Assembly: GCF_000967915.1 (NCBI RefSeq)
Contig: NC_022549.1
Coordinates: 531,522 to 595,521 of the forward strand
Direction of reading: 5' to 3'
Source of the DNA: Acholeplasma brassicae
GTDB lineage: Bacteria > Bacillota_I > Bacilli_A > Acholeplasmatales > UBA5453
DNA length: 64,000 nucleotides
Part shown: piece after piece, positions 1 to 9,698 of the stretch
How positions within the stretch are numbered: the first letter of the stretch is position 1
Layout of the letters: every line of letters begins with the position of its first letter
The notes under the pieces: generated by a model
The model's input: only the letters and a program-made list of their open reading frames with translations
What the model was told of the DNA's origin: nothing
Database searches by the model: none
Program-made: the position numbers and the translations under genes

Positions 1-1
1 G

Positions 2-1060
2 GCAAGCTTAGAAGTTGCCTTAGAATCGGCAGTCTTGTTAAAAAATGACGGTGGCACACTGCCACTTAAAAAAGAGATGAGGGTAGCCCTGCTTGGAAAC
101 TACGCGACCTCAAAAGACACGATCGGTCCGTGGAGTTGGCATGGTAACCCTAGCGATAACAACAGCCTAGATGACGTCTTAAATGGTTATGCTGCCTCAC
201 TTTATGTGAATGACACCTTAGAAGCTCATTTGTTAGATGAAACAAGCATCAATGATTCAGACATACTTGTGGTTGCGATTGGTGAATCAAGAAGAGAAAG
301 TGGCGAAGCCCACAGCAAAACAAACATAAAGCTTTCGAACCAACAAGAACGCTTTATCAATGACTTAAAACAGTTCAATAAGAAGATTGTTTTAGTCTTG
401 TTTAATGGTAGACCCCTTGATTTAAGTGGGGTAATTGACCAATCAAATGCCATCCTAGAGACGTTCTTTTTAGGCACCTGTTCAAGTGAGGCGATTGCGA
501 TGCTTTTATATAATGAAAAAAACCCTTCAGGCAAACTGCCGATGAGTTTTCCACGAAACGTTGGTCAAGTACCAATCTACTATAACTATTTAAATACGGG
601 CCGTCCGTATAAAAACGATGGCAACGAATACACCTCATTCTACCTAGATGAAAAGAATGACCCACTGTTTAGTTTTGGCTATGGTTTATCGTATAGTCAA
701 TTTGAATTTTCGAACTTAATCGTCAAAAATGCTGTTTTTTATAAAGGCGAAACGTTTCAATTTTCAATTGATGTGACAAACACCTCAGCGTTTGATGGCT
801 ATGAAGTCGTTCAAGTGTACTTAAGGGATTTGGTCGCAGAAGTCTCAAGACCTGTCAAAGAGTTAAAAGCCTTTAACAAGGTATTCGTTAAGAAAAACGA
901 AACCGTCACACTAGAGTTTCTGCTAGACGATGAAGCATTTTCATACGTGCACAGAGATTTAAGCTTCGAGAGTGACGCTGGGGATTTCATCCTATACGTG
1001 GGTAATAGTTCAACAAGTACCCTAGAAACAAAAATAACAATGAAAGAAGGTAAGCTTTGA
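2..1060 (+). CDS. Glycoside hydrolase family 3 beta-glucosidase, C-terminal portion (5' end lies outside the window)
   Basis: The frame is open to the window edge. LLKNDGG-LPL, fibronectin-like C-terminal region and KLPMSFP motifs are typical of GH3 BglX-type enzymes. Its stop overlaps the next gene start by 4 nt. Confidence 0.7.
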   Translation, partial: ASLEVALESAVLLKNDGGTLPLKKEMRVALLGNYATSKDTIGPWSWHGNPSDNNSLDDVLNGYAASLYVNDTLEAHLLDETSINDSDILVVAIGESRRESGEAHSKTNIKLSNQQERFINDLKQFNKKIVLVLFNGRPLDLSGVIDQSNAILETFFLGTCSSEAIAMLLYNEKNPSGKLPMSFPRNVGQVPIYYNYLNTGRPYKNDGNEYTSFYLDEKNDPLFSFGYGLSYSQFEFSNLIVKNAVFYKGETFQFSIDVTNTSAFDGYEVVQVYLRDLVAEVSRPVKELKAFNKVFVKKNETVTLEFLLDDEAFSYVHRDLSFESDAGDFILYVGNSSTSTLETKITMKEGKL

Positions 1061-4000
1061 TGAGTATATTAAAAACAGCGTTTCAAACGACAAGTTTAAA
1101 CTCAGATAAACTTCAAATTGAATTATTAAAGACCGGGGATATTTTTAAAATTACCTCAGGTCATAACCAAATTAATCTACTATCTGGGAATTTAATCGAT
1201 GGGCAATTTTCAAATATTTACCTAAGAAGAAAAGACTTAGATGGGTATCAATACGAAAAACTGATTGGTGTCTTTTCTAAAGGTGGTTTTTGCCTAAAAG
1301 ACAACAAAGCCTACTATCAAGGCATCGCTCTAGGTGTTTCTTATCAAGTGGTTTTAAGCTTAGAGGATAACCTTTGGCACTACGATGTGACATTAAGTAA
1401 ACATGAAGGGACTTACGACTTAATCTACGCACAAGATTTAGGTATTGCGAGTAAGGGTTCAATTCAAAGCAGTGAGGCGTATACCGCGCAGTACATCGAC
1501 CATAAAGCATTTAAAGATGAGTTAGGGTATACCATTTGTTCAAGACAAAACCAAGGCGACCCACAATTTTTACAGATTGGGTCACTTAACAAAACCGTTG
1601 CTTATCAAACCGATGGGTTCCAATTCTTTGGGTTAAGCTATAAAGAAACCGGCATTCCTGAGGTATTATTAGAAGAAACACTTAAAAACGTCAATTACCA
1701 ATACGAGTTTCCATACATCGCCTTACAAACAGAGAGCTTTGAGCTTAAAAAAGAAGAAACCTTCTCGTTTTATGGCCTTTATTTGTCTTCACATGAAGAT
1801 GTGACGACAAAAATAGAGAAAGTAAAACCATATGAGGTAATTAAAGCCTTTGTTTCATTTAATGGGTTATATGATGAGAAAAACCGAATTGATTCGACAA
1901 ACGTATTACAAACAAAAGAAGTCAATCAAGCGTATTTTGAAGGTATTAACCTAAGACATGTTGAAGAAAAAGATGGCAAGTTATTATCATTTTTCAAGGA
2001 TGATCATGTCCACGTGGTCTTAAAAGAAAAAGAACGTTTGGTTGAACGTCCACATGGGCACTTGATACTACATGGGGATCTTTTACACGCGAGCGAAAAC
2101 GTGATGGCAACGACCAACTTCATTTATGGTGTATTTAACTCACATGTGGTTTTAGGTAACACTAATTTTCATAAACTAACCGGTGACGTGAGAAGCTTTT
2201 TAAACGTGACTAAAATTAGTGGGATGCGTATCTACGTTAAAATCGATGGTCGCTATGTGCTACTTGCGATGCCTTCTTTTTATGAGATAGGTATCAACTA
2301 CGCAAAATGGGTCTATGTCATCGAAGACGACGAATTGACGGTTTGTGTGTATTCAAACGAAGACACCCTAGTGGAAAAAACAACCCTTGAATCAAAGAAT
2401 CACAAAACCTACGACGTCATCGTTTCAAATCAACTGACGATGAATACCAACGAATACGAAACGAACATTTCATATACCCTTAACAAAGACACTTTGATTG
2501 TCGATGCCAAAGAAAATCAAATGATCATGGCGCACTACCCAAGTTTAAAATACCAGTTCAATACGTTTGGTTCAACCATAAAAATGGGACGAGATGTGTT
2601 TGGATTTGATGAAGATCAAAGTTTGATTTGTTTTACCTATGAAGGTGTTAGTAACCTACAAATCAATCTAGAAGCAACCTTCAATGACACATTTACAAAC
2701 CAAGACATCGACTTTGATAGATCCTTTAAAGAAGCCGTTTCATTCATTGATTTGTTAACGGGTATCCAAGTAAAAAACAAAGCAATGCATCAATTCATTG
2801 ATAAATTATCAGATACGGTCTTTTGGTATACCAACAACGCATTAACCCATTACGCAAGCCCACATGGACTTGAACAATATAACGGGGCCGCTTGGGGAAC
2901 TAGAGACGTGTGTCAAGGGCCAGTGGAACTCTTTATGAGTGCTCAACGATTCGATCTTGTCAGAGAAATTCTGCTTAAAGTCTTTTCACGTCAATTCATT
3001 GAAGATGGGGACTTCCCGCAATGGTTCATGTTTGACAAGTACTTTAGAATTCAAGCACATGAATCGCATGGGGATATTATCATGTGGCCAATCAGAACGC
3101 TTGCTCACTATTTGAAGATGACAAAAGATACCTCGATATTGATGGAACAAGTCGCTTATATGTCAAAGTCTAAAAATGAATTTACGAAAGAAACAGTAAG
3201 CTTGCTAGATCACGTGAAGTTCACACTTGAATCCATTAAAAAGAGTTTCATTCCAAACACAAACCTCCCACGCTATGGTGGGGGTGACTGGGACGATACC
3301 CTTCAACCGGCCAATCAAAAACTAACCGATAAAATGGTCTCTGGTTGGACTGTTGCCCTTTTCTATGACGCACTTGCGATCTTAGAAGAAGAGGTTAAAT
3401 CAGTAGATGACCGTTTTAGTTATGAGCTGAAGCAATTAAAAGAAGCGGTATCAACGGATTATAATAAATACTTAGTCAAAGAAAACGTACCTGCAGGGTT
3501 TGTGGTCATTGAAGACGATCACCTTGAGTACTTACTTCACCCAAGTGATTTAAACACCGGTCTGAATTACCGTTTGCTTGCGTTAAAACGTCCAATCATT
3601 TCACAAATGATCACAAAAGAACAAGCCAACAAGTATCATGACTTAATCAAAACACATTTAAAACACCCGGATGGGGTTCGTTTAATGAATACCGCTGTCA
3701 CGTATCAAGGTGGTAAAAAAACGTATTTCCAAAGAGCAGAAACTGCCGCTAACTTCGGTAGAGAAATTGGTATTCAATACGTACATGCTCACCTAAGATA
3801 CATTGAAGCAATGACCATCTTAGGCAAAGAAAAAGACGCATTTGACGCACTTTTTGAAGTTAATCCAATCAACATCAAAGACTCCGTTAAAAATGCCTCT
3901 TATCGTCAATCAAACGTGTATTTTTCATCCAGTGATGCGAAGTTTAACGACCGCTACGAAGCGAAGAAGAACTTCCATTTGGTTAAAGAAGGTAAGATTG

Positions 4001-4332
4001 AAGTCAAACAAGGCTGGCGCTTGTATTCCTCTGGTCCAGGTATCTACATCAATCAAGTGATCCGTAACATCTTAGGGATTAAAGTCTTAGATAATAAACT
4101 CTACCTTGACCCAATGCTAAAAGAAGCGTTTGATCAAACCGAAGTTACTTATCATTATCAGGGTAAGAAACTACACATTCGCTATCTCAAGAGTGAATCT
4201 GTAAGCCTAGAAATCAATGGCAAAAAGATTCCAATGACAAAGCAACAAAACCAATATAGAAACGCCGGGTTCTTGATTGATGATGCGTTCATCAATCAAC
4301 AAGAAACAATTAACATCACGTACTATTTTTAA
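1057..4332 (+). CDS. Large (1091 aa) glycoside hydrolase/glycan phosphorylase-like protein with an (alpha/alpha)6-barrel; family uncertain (GH94/GH149/GH161-like)
   Basis: Long single ORF coupled by ATGA to the GH3 gene. The size and context suggest a beta-glucan phosphorylase or hydrolase. No firm family assignment can be made without a search. Confidence 0.45.
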   Translation: MMSILKTAFQTTSLNSDKLQIELLKTGDIFKITSGHNQINLLSGNLIDGQFSNIYLRRKDLDGYQYEKLIGVFSKGGFCLKDNKAYYQGIALGVSYQVVLSLEDNLWHYDVTLSKHEGTYDLIYAQDLGIASKGSIQSSEAYTAQYIDHKAFKDELGYTICSRQNQGDPQFLQIGSLNKTVAYQTDGFQFFGLSYKETGIPEVLLEETLKNVNYQYEFPYIALQTESFELKKEETFSFYGLYLSSHEDVTTKIEKVKPYEVIKAFVSFNGLYDEKNRIDSTNVLQTKEVNQAYFEGINLRHVEEKDGKLLSFFKDDHVHVVLKEKERLVERPHGHLILHGDLLHASENVMATTNFIYGVFNSHVVLGNTNFHKLTGDVRSFLNVTKISGMRIYVKIDGRYVLLAMPSFYEIGINYAKWVYVIEDDELTVCVYSNEDTLVEKTTLESKNHKTYDVIVSNQLTMNTNEYETNISYTLNKDTLIVDAKENQMIMAHYPSLKYQFNTFGSTIKMGRDVFGFDEDQSLICFTYEGVSNLQINLEATFNDTFTNQDIDFDRSFKEAVSFIDLLTGIQVKNKAMHQFIDKLSDTVFWYTNNALTHYASPHGLEQYNGAAWGTRDVCQGPVELFMSAQRFDLVREILLKVFSRQFIEDGDFPQWFMFDKYFRIQAHESHGDIIMWPIRTLAHYLKMTKDTSILMEQVAYMSKSKNEFTKETVSLLDHVKFTLESIKKSFIPNTNLPRYGGGDWDDTLQPANQKLTDKMVSGWTVALFYDALAILEEEVKSVDDRFSYELKQLKEAVSTDYNKYLVKENVPAGFVVIEDDHLEYLLHPSDLNTGLNYRLLALKRPIISQMITKEQANKYHDLIKTHLKHPDGVRLMNTAVTYQGGKKTYFQRAETAANFGREIGIQYVHAHLRYIEAMTILGKEKDAFDALFEVNPINIKDSVKNASYRQSNVYFSSSDAKFNDRYEAKKNFHLVKEGKIEVKQGWRLYSSGPGIYINQVIRNILGIKVLDNKLYLDPMLKEAFDQTEVTYHYQGKKLHIRYLKSESVSLEINGKKIPMTKQQNQYRNAGFLIDDAFINQQETINITYYF

Positions 4333-4421
4333 ACCTGTTTTAGGACACAAAGTGCATTTGTGTCCTTTTTCACGTTTGAAATCAATACTTATTTGATATA
4401 ATAGAAATAGAGGTACACAAT

Positions 4422-5780
4422 ATGGAAAATAGATTAAACACAGGTTCACAAATTGAATTAGAAATCAAAAAATTAGGAATTAATGGGGAAGGCATCGGCT
4501 ATTATGAAAAAAAAGCCGTTTTTGTTGATTACGCCCTACCAGGCGAATTAGCCTACGTTGAAATCACGGATGATTTTAAAACATATTATAAAGCCAAACT
4601 GATTAAAACCATCAAAGAAAGCAAAAGTCGTATCACGCCATTTTGTCCAATCTACTTTGAATGTGGGGGATGTCAAACCCAACACATGGCGTATGAAGAT
4701 ACGTTACTACATAAAAGAGACTTAATTCTACAAGCGATTAAACGCTACGTCAAAGTACCGTTTAATACCAAAAAAGTAGATAAAGCGATTGGGATGGATA
4801 ACCCAAGTCACTACCGTAATAAAGCAAGCTTACCAGTTCAATATAAAGATGGTAAGAACGTCATCGGTATGTATCAAGCAGGCACAAATCACTTAGTTGA
4901 TTTTAAGGACTGCCCAGTACAAGACAATGACATCAACAAGTTTTTCAACTTGATTTTAAATCAAATGGAAAAACGAAAAATGAATGCCTTTAATCGTGGA
5001 GGCAACATCCGTTTTATCGTCATTCGTAAAACCAAACTAACCAATGAAATCCAAATCTCATTCATCGTTAATGAATCCTCAGAAGACGTCATTGAACTTG
5101 GTAAATACATGAAAGAAAAATTTGTTGAAGTTAGCTCGGTTTATGAAGTCATTAACAAAGATGTTAAATCTAGAGAATTCTTCACTAATGATAAAACATT
5201 AATTGCTGGTAATGAAACTGTCACTGAAGAAATGAACGGTATTACATTTAAGCTAAAACCAGACGCATTCTTCCAATTAAACACCACACAAGCAGACAAA
5301 CTTTATCAACTGATTGTTGAAAAAGGCGAATTTACTAAAAACGACATCGTTGTGGATGCTTATAGTGGGATCGCACCGATTGCCTTGTACGTTGCACCGC
5401 ATGTGAAAAAAGTGTACGCCATTGAAGCATTAAAAGCATCACACGAAAGTGCGATTGAGACCATTAAAGAAAATAATCAAGAAAACATTATACCAATGCT
5501 AGGTGATGTTAAAGAAGTACTTAATAAGAACAGAAACATCAAACCTGATGTGATTGTTTTTGATCCACCAAGAACTGGCTTAGGCCGTGCAGTGACGGAC
5601 TTCTTATTAAAACATAAACCGAAGAAGATTGTTTATGCTTCATGTAACCCATCGACATTAGCTAAAGACCTAGATGAGTTATTAAAAGCTTATGAAGTTA
5701 AATCAATCACACCACTCGATATGTTTCCTTATACAAGTCACGTTGAGAGTGTGACATTACTTACATTAAAAACGGCATAA
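4422..5780 (+). CDS. rlmD: 23S rRNA (uracil-C5)-methyltransferase RlmD/RumA family
   Basis: N-terminal TRAM domain. Fe-S cysteine cluster CPIYFECGGCQ. SAM-methyltransferase motifs VFDPPRTGL and ASCNPSTL. Confidence 0.85.
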   Translation: MENRLNTGSQIELEIKKLGINGEGIGYYEKKAVFVDYALPGELAYVEITDDFKTYYKAKLIKTIKESKSRITPFCPIYFECGGCQTQHMAYEDTLLHKRDLILQAIKRYVKVPFNTKKVDKAIGMDNPSHYRNKASLPVQYKDGKNVIGMYQAGTNHLVDFKDCPVQDNDINKFFNLILNQMEKRKMNAFNRGGNIRFIVIRKTKLTNEIQISFIVNESSEDVIELGKYMKEKFVEVSSVYEVINKDVKSREFFTNDKTLIAGNETVTEEMNGITFKLKPDAFFQLNTTQADKLYQLIVEKGEFTKNDIVVDAYSGIAPIALYVAPHVKKVYAIEALKASHESAIETIKENNQENIIPMLGDVKEVLNKNRNIKPDVIVFDPPRTGLGRAVTDFLLKHKPKKIVYASCNPSTLAKDLDELLKAYEVKSITPLDMFPYTSHVESVTLLTLKTA

Positions 5781-5880
5781 CAAAGACATAAATAAAATAG
5801 AACAAGAAGCATTTACCCCTTAAAAACTGGGTTAAATGCTTCTTTTTATAATTTTTGTGTAATGTGTAAACATAAATATA
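5720..5880. repeat. Junction repeat copy 1: native 3' end of rlmD (…DMFPYTSHVESVTLLTLKTA*) plus its terminator. This is the prototype of the direct repeats found at about 16.9, 23.1 and 26.1 kb.
   Basis: Contains the sequence cacgttgagagtgtgacattacttacattaaaaacggcataacaaag…agaagcatttacccc…gggttaaatgcttcttttt. It recurs with 80–90% identity three more times. Confidence 0.8.
5806..5847 (+). terminator. Rho-independent terminator of rlmD
   Basis: Hairpin gaagcatttacccc/gggttaaatgcttc followed by a T run. Confidence 0.7.
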
Positions 5881-5908
5881 TGCTTTAAGCATATATTTAT
5901 GTTTACAC
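5864..5908. repeat. Perfect 45-bp palindrome gtgtaaacataaatatatgcttt|aagcatatatttatgtttacac at the island junction
   Basis: Two 22-nt arms are exact reverse complements. The motif TGT(G/T)AAACATA recurs at the other junction copies. Confidence 0.8.
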
Positions 5909-6006
5909 TAAGTACAGGTTTTTGGTATCAGTTCACATTCGAAGTACTATTATTTATTCATAATTCGTTCACATTATTATTGTATATTGATTATGAGGTA
6001 TTCAAC

Positions 6007-6933
6007 ATGAAAGTAAAAAAAATACGTAAAAGGTTTTTTCTAATTGTACTTATTTTATCCGTTTCAATATTCTTGCAAGGACTTAATCAAAATATAAAAG
6101 TCAATCAGTTAATAAGAGATTTTAAAGAACGAGGTATAGAGGGAGAGACAGTAACCATCTATTTTGATAATGGGATGGAAGAAATAAGAATGTATCACCC
6201 AGTCGAAAGAATCAATGAATATGAGAAAGCGGATACACGTAGCCTTTTTTATACAACCAAAGATGAACCATTTATTGGTAAAAAAGGGGATATATTTGTG
6301 ACTCAGGAATCACCTTTTCCAAACATATTCGGTTTTCATCAATTGATGAGTTTTTTTGTTGGAGGACACGCTGCACTGAATAATGGTAACAATCAATTCA
6401 TTGAAGCTGTAGGCTTCCCAAAAGATGATGAAAGTATCTTTGATATAATCAAAGACCCTTCAGATGGTACACATGATTATTCAGTTGGTGTAAGACAATC
6501 TTCTACTAATTATTGGATGTTGCCATATTTTAGAGGAGAGAACGACTTGTCATATCCTTATTATGGTTCTTATTACAGAGAAAAATTCGTAGTATTAAGA
6601 GTAAATAATATAGATGAAGAAAAACTGGATCAAACTATGTCATATGCCAATGAACATTTAGAAAATCGTTCATTATATAATTTCCTTTTCATTATGGACA
6701 CAAAAAACAAATTCTACTTTACTGATTTTATAAGTCGTTCATACAGATATGGGTTAAGTAAGAATAGTTCAGATAAAAACTATCCAAAAACCCTAAATGA
6801 TAATGGTTTTGTAACAACTGTTAATGATCTTATCTTATCAAAGGATACATATATTACTGCTTATGTAGAAAACACAGATGGAATTAGACACATCTACTAT
6901 TTAGAAGATGAAGGATTGACATCTAATGAATAG
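6007..6933 (+). CDS. Hypothetical secreted/membrane-anchored protein; first gene of the inserted island
   Basis: Start taken at MKVKKIRKRFFLIVLILSVSIF (signal/TM). The annotated upstream start at 5899 overlaps the palindrome. No recognisable motif. Confidence 0.4.
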   Translation: MKVKKIRKRFFLIVLILSVSIFLQGLNQNIKVNQLIRDFKERGIEGETVTIYFDNGMEEIRMYHPVERINEYEKADTRSLFYTTKDEPFIGKKGDIFVTQESPFPNIFGFHQLMSFFVGGHAALNNGNNQFIEAVGFPKDDESIFDIIKDPSDGTHDYSVGVRQSSTNYWMLPYFRGENDLSYPYYGSYYREKFVVLRVNNIDEEKLDQTMSYANEHLENRSLYNFLFIMDTKNKFYFTDFISRSYRYGLSKNSSDKNYPKTLNDNGFVTTVNDLILSKDTYITAYVENTDGIRHIYYLEDEGLTSNE

Positions 6934-6953
6934 TTTGATATAGTATAGATTAC

Positions 6954-6972
6954 ACCCCACCACGGGAGGGGT
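6954..6972. promoter_or_regulatory. Putative CsoR operator, GC-rich pseudo-palindrome ACCCCACCACGGGAGGGGT, 20 bp upstream of copZ
   Basis: An identical 19-mer recurs at 13716–13734 in front of csoR. The CCCC…GGGG inverted repeat is typical of CsoR sites. Confidence 0.55.
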
Positions 6973-6991
6973 AAAAAAGGAGGAATTACTT

Positions 6992-7219
6992 ATGGCAACG
7001 CTAATTTATAGAATCGGAGATATCCATTGCATCGGATGCATCAATCGCATTACTTTAGCTTTAAAATCAGCGGGAGCAATCAATGTTGATATTAATTTTT
7101 CAACACATATTGCAAAAGTATTGACTGAAGAGGAAAAACCCAATTCAAGTATGTATCTTGAAGCAATTGTTCAAACAGGATATCAAGTCGAATACTTAAC
7201 GACCATCGAAGAGGAATAA
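6992..7219 (+). CDS. copZ: Copper chaperone CopZ (HMA domain)
   Basis: 75 aa with a CIGC metal-binding motif in an HMA fold, immediately upstream of copA. Confidence 0.75.
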   Translation: MATLIYRIGDIHCIGCINRITLALKSAGAINVDINFSTHIAKVLTEEEKPNSSMYLEAIVQTGYQVEYLTTIEEE

Positions 7220-7223
7220 TAAA

Positions 7224-9698
7224 ATGTCGAGTAATATTAAATATCGAGTGAATGGTATGACTTGTGCTTCGTGTGTCAACCATGTTGAAAAAGCATTAAG
7301 AAAAGTTGAAGGGATAATTGATGTTTCTGTGAATTTAGCAACTGAAACTGCAACAATTCAATTTGATGATAACAGTTTTAGTTCAAATCTTGCAATGAAT
7401 GCTGTTAAGGGGATAGGATATGAACTCATTACTATCGAAAACAATCATAAGACTGTGACTGCCAGAGTTGATGGAATGAGTTGTGCAACATGCGCAAACA
7501 GTATTGATAATACACTGTTGAAGATGGATGGGATTATTGATGCTCATGTTAATCTCGCTACGGAGAAAGTTACCATTCAATATGATGATCGCGTCATTCG
7601 TTTTAGTGACATCAAACACCGTATCCAAAACATTGGATATAAGATTAGTCTCGAAGTAACAAAGGATGAAACGGTTGATCCTGATACACTCAAGATGAAT
7701 TCCGCTAAAAAAAGAGTTCAATTGAGTTCAACAATAACTATTTTGATGATGTCACTCATGCTGATTCACATGTTTGTTGTTAAAATTCCATTATACACTT
7801 GGATCATTGCCATACTGGGTTTCCCAGTCATATTTATCATTGGCCGTCACGTGCACAGAGGAAGTTATTACTCTCTTAAATCATTGAAACCGAATATGGA
7901 TGTCCTTGTGTCACTCGGATCTATTCCACCCTATCTCATCGGTCTCACAGGATTGTTTTTCCCAATCACAACATTTATCGAAATGGCAACAACAATTATG
8001 ACATTTCACTTGATTGGAAAATTCCTGGAAAGTAAGGCTAAAGGAAAAGCATCCCAAGCCATCAAAAAATTAATGGAACTAGGTGCGAAAACTGCACGCA
8101 TTTTAGTCGATGGCAATGAGATCGAAGTTTTAACGAATGAACTCAGTGTTAAAGATATCATGATTATTAGACCAGGCGAAAAAATACCAACAGACGGAAT
8201 GATTATTGAAGGTAAAAGTTTAATTGATGAATCGATTGCAACAGGTGAATCGATGCCGGTCAAAAAGCATGTGGGTGACAATGTCATCGGAGCAACCATT
8301 AATAAAGATGGCTTGCTCAAAGTAGAAGTTACTAAAGTTGGTAAAGAAACATTCTTATCTCAAGTTATTGAAATGGTTGAAGCTTGTCAGGGGTCCAAAG
8401 TGCCTATACAAGAATTTGCCGATAGAATCACATCCTACTTTGTGCCAGCAATTATGGTTTTAACAGTACTCACGTTCAGTTCTTTTTTAATTTTTCAAAA
8501 TTTCCATCTGAGTATCTTAGAGTATATGGGAACTATCTTACCTTGGATTAACACAGATCAAACTCCATTAACGTTAGCATTTATTACTGCGACTGCTGTG
8601 TTAGTTATCGCATGTCCATGTGCACTTGGACTTGGAACGCCTACAGCGTTAATGGTTGGTAGTGGTGTTGGCGCAGAAAAAGGTATTCTGATTCGCAACG
8701 GTGAAGCAGTTCAAACACTTAAGGATATCAAAGCCATTGCTTTTGATAAAACTGGCACGTTAACATATGGGAAACCCGTAGTGACTGACAAGCATGCTAT
8801 AGGTATAAGTGAACATCAAATGATGCATGTCGCTGGATCACTTGAAACAGGATCAGAGCATCCATTAGCAATGGCAATTATCGAAGATGCCAAAAAAGCC
8901 AATCAAAAACTTTCAAATCCTATAGATTTTGAAGCCATATCTGGCATGGGTATAAAAGGTATTCTAGATAATAAGACATATTATTTTGGTAACAGAAAAC
9001 TAATCAAATCGATTGGTCATTCTTATGATGGATTAGAATCAACGATGCAACAACTAGAAAATGAAGCTAAAACGGTGATGATTCTAGCAGATGATCTAGA
9101 GATACTTGGAATCATTGCTGTTGCAGATGCATTAAAACCTGAGGCTACATATGTTATTCGGGCAATTGAAAATCTTGGTATAACGACTGCTATGATTACG
9201 GGAGACAATTCAAGAACTGCTCTTGCAATTGCGAAAAAAGCTGGTATAACGCGAATTATATCTGATGTTTTACCCGAAGGAAAAGTAAGCGAAATTTCAA
9301 AACTACAAAGCGAGTTTGGATTAGTTGCAATGGTCGGTGATGGTATTAATGACGCACCAGCGCTAAAACAAGCTAATGTGGGTATTGCAATTGGAACAGG
9401 TACTGATATTGCAAAAGAAGCAGCAGATGTTACATTGGTCTCTGGTGAGTTACATACACTGCTTACGTCCATTCAGTTATCGAAAGCGATCTTTACAAAG
9501 ATTAAACAAAACTATTTTTGGGCATGGTTTTATAATGCGATTGCAATCCCATTTGCGATGTTAGGCTTATTACATCCAATGATTGGTGCTGCTGCAATGT
9601 CAATCAGCTCACTTAATGTTATCTATAATTCACTTAGACTCAAAAAGCATTCATTCTTAAAAGTTGATAAGGAGTTAGTACATGCACACTCATCATAA
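7224..9698 (+). CDS. copA: Cu(I)-translocating P1B-1-type ATPase
   Basis: Two N-terminal HMA domains (GMTCASC, GMSCATC). CPC motif, DKTGTLT and GDGINDAP. Confidence 0.9.
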   Translation: MSSNIKYRVNGMTCASCVNHVEKALRKVEGIIDVSVNLATETATIQFDDNSFSSNLAMNAVKGIGYELITIENNHKTVTARVDGMSCATCANSIDNTLLKMDGIIDAHVNLATEKVTIQYDDRVIRFSDIKHRIQNIGYKISLEVTKDETVDPDTLKMNSAKKRVQLSSTITILMMSLMLIHMFVVKIPLYTWIIAILGFPVIFIIGRHVHRGSYYSLKSLKPNMDVLVSLGSIPPYLIGLTGLFFPITTFIEMATTIMTFHLIGKFLESKAKGKASQAIKKLMELGAKTARILVDGNEIEVLTNELSVKDIMIIRPGEKIPTDGMIIEGKSLIDESIATGESMPVKKHVGDNVIGATINKDGLLKVEVTKVGKETFLSQVIEMVEACQGSKVPIQEFADRITSYFVPAIMVLTVLTFSSFLIFQNFHLSILEYMGTILPWINTDQTPLTLAFITATAVLVIACPCALGLGTPTALMVGSGVGAEKGILIRNGEAVQTLKDIKAIAFDKTGTLTYGKPVVTDKHAIGISEHQMMHVAGSLETGSEHPLAMAIIEDAKKANQKLSNPIDFEAISGMGIKGILDNKTYYFGNRKLIKSIGHSYDGLESTMQQLENEAKTVMILADDLEILGIIAVADALKPEATYVIRAIENLGITTAMITGDNSRTALAIAKKAGITRIISDVLPEGKVSEISKLQSEFGLVAMVGDGINDAPALKQANVGIAIGTGTDIAKEAADVTLVSGELHTLLTSIQLSKAIFTKIKQNYFWAWFYNAIAIPFAMLGLLHPMIGAAAMSISSLNVIYNSLRLKKHSFLKVDKELVHAHSS

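Noticed and set aside
226-665. Minus-strand ORFs (102 and 87 aa) inside the GH3 gene
   Set aside because: Fully antisense to a confidently coding region with clear protein motifs. No RBS and atypical composition.
8006-9472. Antisense ORFs (104 and 149 aa) within copA
   Set aside because: Low-complexity Ser/Ile/Pro-rich translations, typical of the reverse frame of a P-type ATPase gene.
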